Assembly (NCBI RefSeq): GCF_025643275.1
Contig: NZ_CP089977.1
Span: forward strand, 1,860,001 to 1,892,000
Direction of reading: 5' to 3'
Length of the DNA stretch: 32,000 nt
From: Moraxella nasicaprae
GTDB taxonomy: Bacteria; Pseudomonadota; Gammaproteobacteria; Pseudomonadales; Moraxellaceae
Shown here: one piece after another, positions 28,700 through 32,000 of the stretch
Position numbering within the stretch: position 1 is the first letter of the stretch
Layout: each line of letters starts with the position of its first letter
Translations under genes and position numbers: made by a program
Notes under the pieces: model-generated
What the model was told of the DNA's origin: nothing
The model's input: only the letters and a program-made list of their open reading frames with translations
Database searches by the model: none

Positions 28700-28715
28700 T
28701 TTTAAAAACATAACC

Positions 28716-28750
28716 AAAACCCATCAGTCAAGTTGATTGATGGGTTTTTT
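28716..28750. terminator. bidirectional terminator between the csp gene and msrB
   Basis: aaaacccatca ... tgatgggtttt stem with flanking A/T runs, between convergent genes. Confidence 0.8.
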
Positions 28751-28756
28751 GTTGGG

Positions 28757-29176
28757 TTAGGGTTGTTCGTCAAGCGTGATGGCGACTGAGTTGATACAGT
28801 AACGAAGCCCTGTGGGTGTGATGTGATTATCATCAAACACATGCCCCAGATGTCCGCCACAATGATGACAAGTGATTTCTGTGCGTATCATACCATGTGA
28901 AAAATCAGCCGTTTCATCAACCGCATTGGGTAGGGCGGCATCAAAGCTAGGCCAGCCACAGCCAGAATGAAATTTACTTTGACTGGTGAATAATGGCGAA
29001 TGACAGCCACGACAACGATATACACCCATGATATCTGTATCTGTATAGATGCCCGTAAAAGCTCGCTCTGTGCCTTTTTGGCGTAGCACATAGTACGCCA
29101 ATTCATCGCCAAGATATGCACGCCAGTCAGCATCGCTCATCTGCTGTATGGTCTGTTTGTCTAAAACTTTTGTCAT
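28757..29176 (-). CDS. msrB: peptide-methionine (R)-S-oxide reductase
   Basis: Two CxxC pairs (YRCRGCHSPLF, ITCHHCGGHLGHVF), GCGWPSF, and RYCINS with the catalytic Cys. Confidence 0.93.
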   Translation of the reverse strand: MTKVLDKQTIQQMSDADWRAYLGDELAYYVLRQKGTERAFTGIYTDTDIMGVYRCRGCHSPLFTSQSKFHSGCGWPSFDAALPNAVDETADFSHGMIRTEITCHHCGGHLGHVFDDNHITPTGLRYCINSVAITLDEQP

Positions 29177-29385
29177 ATATGCACCTATTATGGTCTATGC
29201 TGTGATTGTTATTGTAGCCCAAATGATGGTGGTGAGCAAGGTTTATGGTGATATTTTTGCAAGATTATCTTGCATTATAAAAAATAAAACAGATAATCGG
29301 TGTATTTTTGTAAAGTTATGCTTGCAAAATAATGGTCTTGCAGTTATGATACTGCCATTGATTTGATTGTGAGTTAAGCCGACCA

Positions 29386-30963
29386 ATGAACAAACATTCC
29401 CAATATGTCGCCAATATTGACGCTGTGGCACAAGGCGAACGCCTCAAACAAAGTCGCAAAGCGTTGGGATTATCCGCCCAAGAGCTTGCCAATCAGATGA
29501 CTTTGGCGGGAGCGACCGTCAGTCGTGGTGCGATTGCCAACTGGGAATGTGGCAAAAATGGCATTGTCAGTAGCAAATTACCCATTCTTGCCCAAGTGCT
29601 TGGTGTGAGCGAAAGCTATCTGTTGCGTGGCGAACCATCGGTGCAATCGCCCAATTTGCCCAAGACACAACATCAATATCATCAACATGATAATAATCCA
29701 TCAAGGTACACCACTATGCCAAACCAAACCATTCAACCACTAAAAAAATCCAACAAACTTGCCAATGTCTGCTACGACATTCGTGGCGAATTATTACAAA
29801 CTGCCAATCGCATGGAGGCAGAAGGGCAACGCATCATTAAGCTAAATATTGGCAATCCTGCACCATTTGGTTTGGTTGCTCCTGATGAAATCATCAAAGA
29901 TGTGGCGATGAATTTGGCGGAGGCGTCTGGTTATTCAGATTCGAAGGGGATTTTTTCTGCTCGCAAGGCAATTTTGCAATATTATCAAGCCAAAGGATTG
30001 ATTGGTGCGACCGATGTTGGCGATGTGTACATTGGTAATGGTGTGAGCGAACTAATTGTCATGACCATGCAGGCAATGCTTGATGATGGCGATGAGGTTC
30101 TTATTCCTATGCCTGACTATCCACTGTGGACGGCAGCCACTCATTTGGCTGGCGGTAAGGCGGTGCATTATCGCTGTGTCGAAGAGAATGATTGGCAGCC
30201 TGACTTGGCGGATATTGAAAGCAAAATCACGCCACGCACCAAAGGTATCGTGGTCATCAACCCCAACAACCCAACAGGGGCGTTGTACTCTAACGAAACC
30301 CTCAAAGCCATCGCAGACCTTGCCGCCAAGCATCATTTGGTGGTGATGGCAGATGAGATTTATGATCGTATTTTGTATGATGAAGCGGTACATACGCCCA
30401 TGTGCACCATTGCCGAAGATTGCTTGGTACTGACCTATAACGGTCTGTCCAAGTCGCATCGCATCGCTGGATACCGTGCAGGCTGGCTGATGTTGTCTGG
30501 CAAAAAAGACCATGCGACTGACTTTATTGAGGGTTTGACGATGCTTGCTAGTATGCGTCTGTGTGCCAATGTACCAGCTCAATACACCATTCAAACAGCG
30601 ATGGGTGGCTATCAATCGATGCAGGCATTGACCGCTCCATCGGGCAGATTGTGCAAGCAGCGAGACTTGGCGGTCAAACGACTAAATGCCATCAAGGGCA
30701 TCAGTTGCACAATGCCAAAAGGGGCATTTTATTGTTTTGCCAAGATGGATCCAGCCGTCTATCCGATTGATAATGACATGAAATTCATGATGGAGCTGTT
30801 GATTGAAGAAAAGGTGCTGATTGTACAAGGCACAGGATTTAACTGGGATAAGCCTGATCATTTTAGGGTGGTGTTTTTGCCAAATCTGGCGGATTTGGAA
30901 GACGCAATGGATAGGCTTGATAGATTTTTTGCCAAAAAACGCAAAGAGTTTGACACAGACTGA
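29386..30963 (+). CDS. XRE-type HTH domain fused in frame to an AlaA/YfbQ-like class I aminotransferase
   Basis: Residues 1-82 form a clean Cro/C1 HTH (RLKQSRKALGLSAQELANQMTLAGATVSRGAIANWECG). A Q/H/N/P-rich linker follows. From Met111 (nt 29716) it is a full aminotransferase (KLANVCYDIRGE, KLNIGNPAPFGL, SKSHRIAGYRAGW with the PLP lysine). If the HTH is not translated, the CDS would be 29716-30963. Confidence 0.8.
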   Translation: MNKHSQYVANIDAVAQGERLKQSRKALGLSAQELANQMTLAGATVSRGAIANWECGKNGIVSSKLPILAQVLGVSESYLLRGEPSVQSPNLPKTQHQYHQHDNNPSRYTTMPNQTIQPLKKSNKLANVCYDIRGELLQTANRMEAEGQRIIKLNIGNPAPFGLVAPDEIIKDVAMNLAEASGYSDSKGIFSARKAILQYYQAKGLIGATDVGDVYIGNGVSELIVMTMQAMLDDGDEVLIPMPDYPLWTAATHLAGGKAVHYRCVEENDWQPDLADIESKITPRTKGIVVINPNNPTGALYSNETLKAIADLAAKHHLVVMADEIYDRILYDEAVHTPMCTIAEDCLVLTYNGLSKSHRIAGYRAGWLMLSGKKDHATDFIEGLTMLASMRLCANVPAQYTIQTAMGGYQSMQALTAPSGRLCKQRDLAVKRLNAIKGISCTMPKGAFYCFAKMDPAVYPIDNDMKFMMELLIEEKVLIVQGTGFNWDKPDHFRVVFLPNLADLEDAMDRLDRFFAKKRKEFDTD

Positions 30964-30981
30964 CCTTATTCATCAATCATT

Positions 30982-31010
30982 AAAAAACCGTCCATCTGGG
31001 CGGTTTTTTT
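30982..31010. terminator. terminator hairpin, copy 1 of a duplicated 28-bp element
   Basis: aaaaaaccgtccatctgggcggttttttt, between the convergent aminotransferase and XRE genes. Confidence 0.75.
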
Positions 31011-31021
31011 ATCATTGGGCA

Positions 31022-31423
31022 TTAAAAGGAGTTTTTGCTTTGAGTTGTTCGGTACAATGCAAGCATCTCATCTTTAATTGCTAATTCCTTTTCTTTTTGA
31101 ATCAGTAGCTCTTTTTGGTGGTCAATAATTAGTTGTAGGCGTGCAATTTCATCTTGGTTATTGCCAGTATATTGATGATAAGTTCCTTGAAAATTGACCG
31201 CACCATTTAGATGGTGAATAATATTGCCTTCTGTGGGTAGCAAATCAACAATACTGACCGCCAGCAGGTCAGCGATTTTTTGTAATTTATCAAGATTGAG
31301 CTTGGATTCGCCTCGTTCAATTTTAGAATATCCGCTGGGCGACATTGCAAGTTGCTCGGCAAATTCTTCCTGTGTAATCTTTTTTAATTCTCTTAACTGG
31401 CGAATTTTATCATGTGTTTGCAT
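31022..31423 (-). CDS. XRE family transcriptional regulator (phage-repressor-like, coiled-coil C-terminus)
   Basis: IRQLRELKKITQEEFAEQLAMSPSGYSKIERGESKLNLDKLQKIADLL. Confidence 0.8.
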   Translation of the reverse strand: MQTHDKIRQLRELKKITQEEFAEQLAMSPSGYSKIERGESKLNLDKLQKIADLLAVSIVDLLPTEGNIIHHLNGAVNFQGTYHQYTGNNQDEIARLQLIIDHQKELLIQKEKELAIKDEMLALYRTTQSKNSF

Positions 31424-31463
31424 GGATATTCCACTTTGTCGGTAAAAACTGTCGATATTGGAT

Positions 31464-31491
31464 TTGTGTAATATAGCCGATTATTTATAAT
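31464..31491 (+). promoter_or_regulatory. candidate promoter for the two small + strand ORFs
   Basis: TTGTGT, a 16-nt spacer, then a perfect TATAAT (31486-31491). It is divergent from the XRE gene. Confidence 0.4.
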
Positions 31492-31523
31492 TTCACAATA
31501 CTTTATTTTATAAGGAGTAAGCA

Positions 31524-31703
31524 ATGGCGAAACCGCCTGAGGTGTACGATAAATTGGCTATTTTTCATGAAGGTAAGGCAAAAAAGGCTTGGGCTAAGGC
31601 AAAAAATGGGGCGGAGGGCTACTATTATGCTGAAGCAAGAAAGCAATACGGTAAAGCAAAGATGCATGCACAGACCGCCGAACGCTTAAGACGAGGCGAA
31701 TAA
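31524..31703 (+). CDS. small hypothetical protein (59 aa, Lys/Ala-rich)
   Basis: Not in the ORF track. Hand translation gives MAKPPEVYDKLAIFHEGKAKKAWAKAKNGAEGYYYAEARKQYGKAKMHAQTAERLRRGE. A strong AAGGAG Shine-Dalgarno sequence lies 6 nt upstream. Confidence 0.5.
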   Translation: MAKPPEVYDKLAIFHEGKAKKAWAKAKNGAEGYYYAEARKQYGKAKMHAQTAERLRRGE

Positions 31704-31727
31704 TTTTTCATATTTGGAGATTTTATA

Positions 31728-31940
31728 ATGAGTTTTTTTAAAACTTTGGCAAAAAGTGCTGTTAGTTCGATGCAGCAACAGCAACAGCGTACAAATGATG
31801 CAAAAGAATGGGCTGAATATGCATCAGATGATGAAGTGGTTAGATATGCAATTAATGGCAGTAATAGTCTTAAAAAAGCTTTGGCATTGCAGCAAGTAAG
31901 ATTGCGTGGTCTTGAGCGTGAGTATCAAGCTAGAAGGTGA
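31728..31940 (+). CDS. small hypothetical protein (70 aa)
   Basis: ORF with a GGAG Shine-Dalgarno sequence. Contains a poly-Gln tract (MQQQQQR). No family recognised. Confidence 0.5.
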   Translation: MSFFKTLAKSAVSSMQQQQQRTNDAKEWAEYASDDEVVRYAINGSNSLKKALALQQVRLRGLEREYQARR

Positions 31941-31953
31941 TTTTTATTAAGAT

Positions 31954-31981
31954 AAAAAACCGTCCATCTGGGCGGTTTTTT
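31954..31981 (+). terminator. terminator hairpin, copy 2 of the duplicated 28-bp element
   Basis: aaaaaaccgtccatctgggcggtttttt, identical to 30982-31009. Confidence 0.75.
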
Positions 31982-32000
31982 GCATTCATGGCATGAGTTG

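Overview
This 32 kb window looks like chromosomal DNA from a gammaproteobacterium. The alaS-lysC-csrA order and the long-tailed CsrA suggest Moraxellaceae, but that is inference and was not checked against a database.

Most of the window is ordinary housekeeping:
- Left part: glutamine cyclotransferase, rpmG-rpmB, a HopJ-family gene, csrA, lysC, alaS, purB, an Lrp regulator with azlCD, a secreted protein and a SulP transporter.
- Right part: mnmA, a DUF2238-like membrane protein, ispF, an isochorismatase-family hydrolase, grxD, aroQ, a cold-shock protein, msrB and an HTH-aminotransferase fusion.

Between about 13.0 and 23.85 kb lies an AT-rich accessory island on the + strand. No integrase or transposase is visible in it. 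In order, it contains:
- an XRE regulator (on the - strand) divergent from an HTH-WYL regulator;
- a small CxxC zinc-ribbon ORF and a YkgJ-type cysteine-cluster protein;
- one tightly packed operon with a minimal dynamin-type GTPase, five tandem paralogous small proteins, and two large dynamin-like GTPases;
- a strong terminator, then a separately transcribed HEPN (Rx4H) protein.

The five paralogs share conserved ends and a hypervariable centre. Three carry an N-terminal Gly/Ala hydrophobic segment followed by a poly-Asp tract. One carries a 3.2-copy in-frame 84-bp tandem repeat.

The two large GTPases resemble the LeoABC / Eleos class. The third small GTPase, the mosaic paralog array and the Cys-rich/WYL front end are not part of any system I can name. 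This is my main candidate for an undescribed system, probably membrane-associated and possibly anti-phage.

At the right edge, a roughly 940 bp three-gene XRE module is bracketed by two copies of the same 28-bp terminator hairpin.

All family calls come from motif recognition in the supplied translations. No searches were run. I found no rRNA, tRNA, CRISPR array or IS element.
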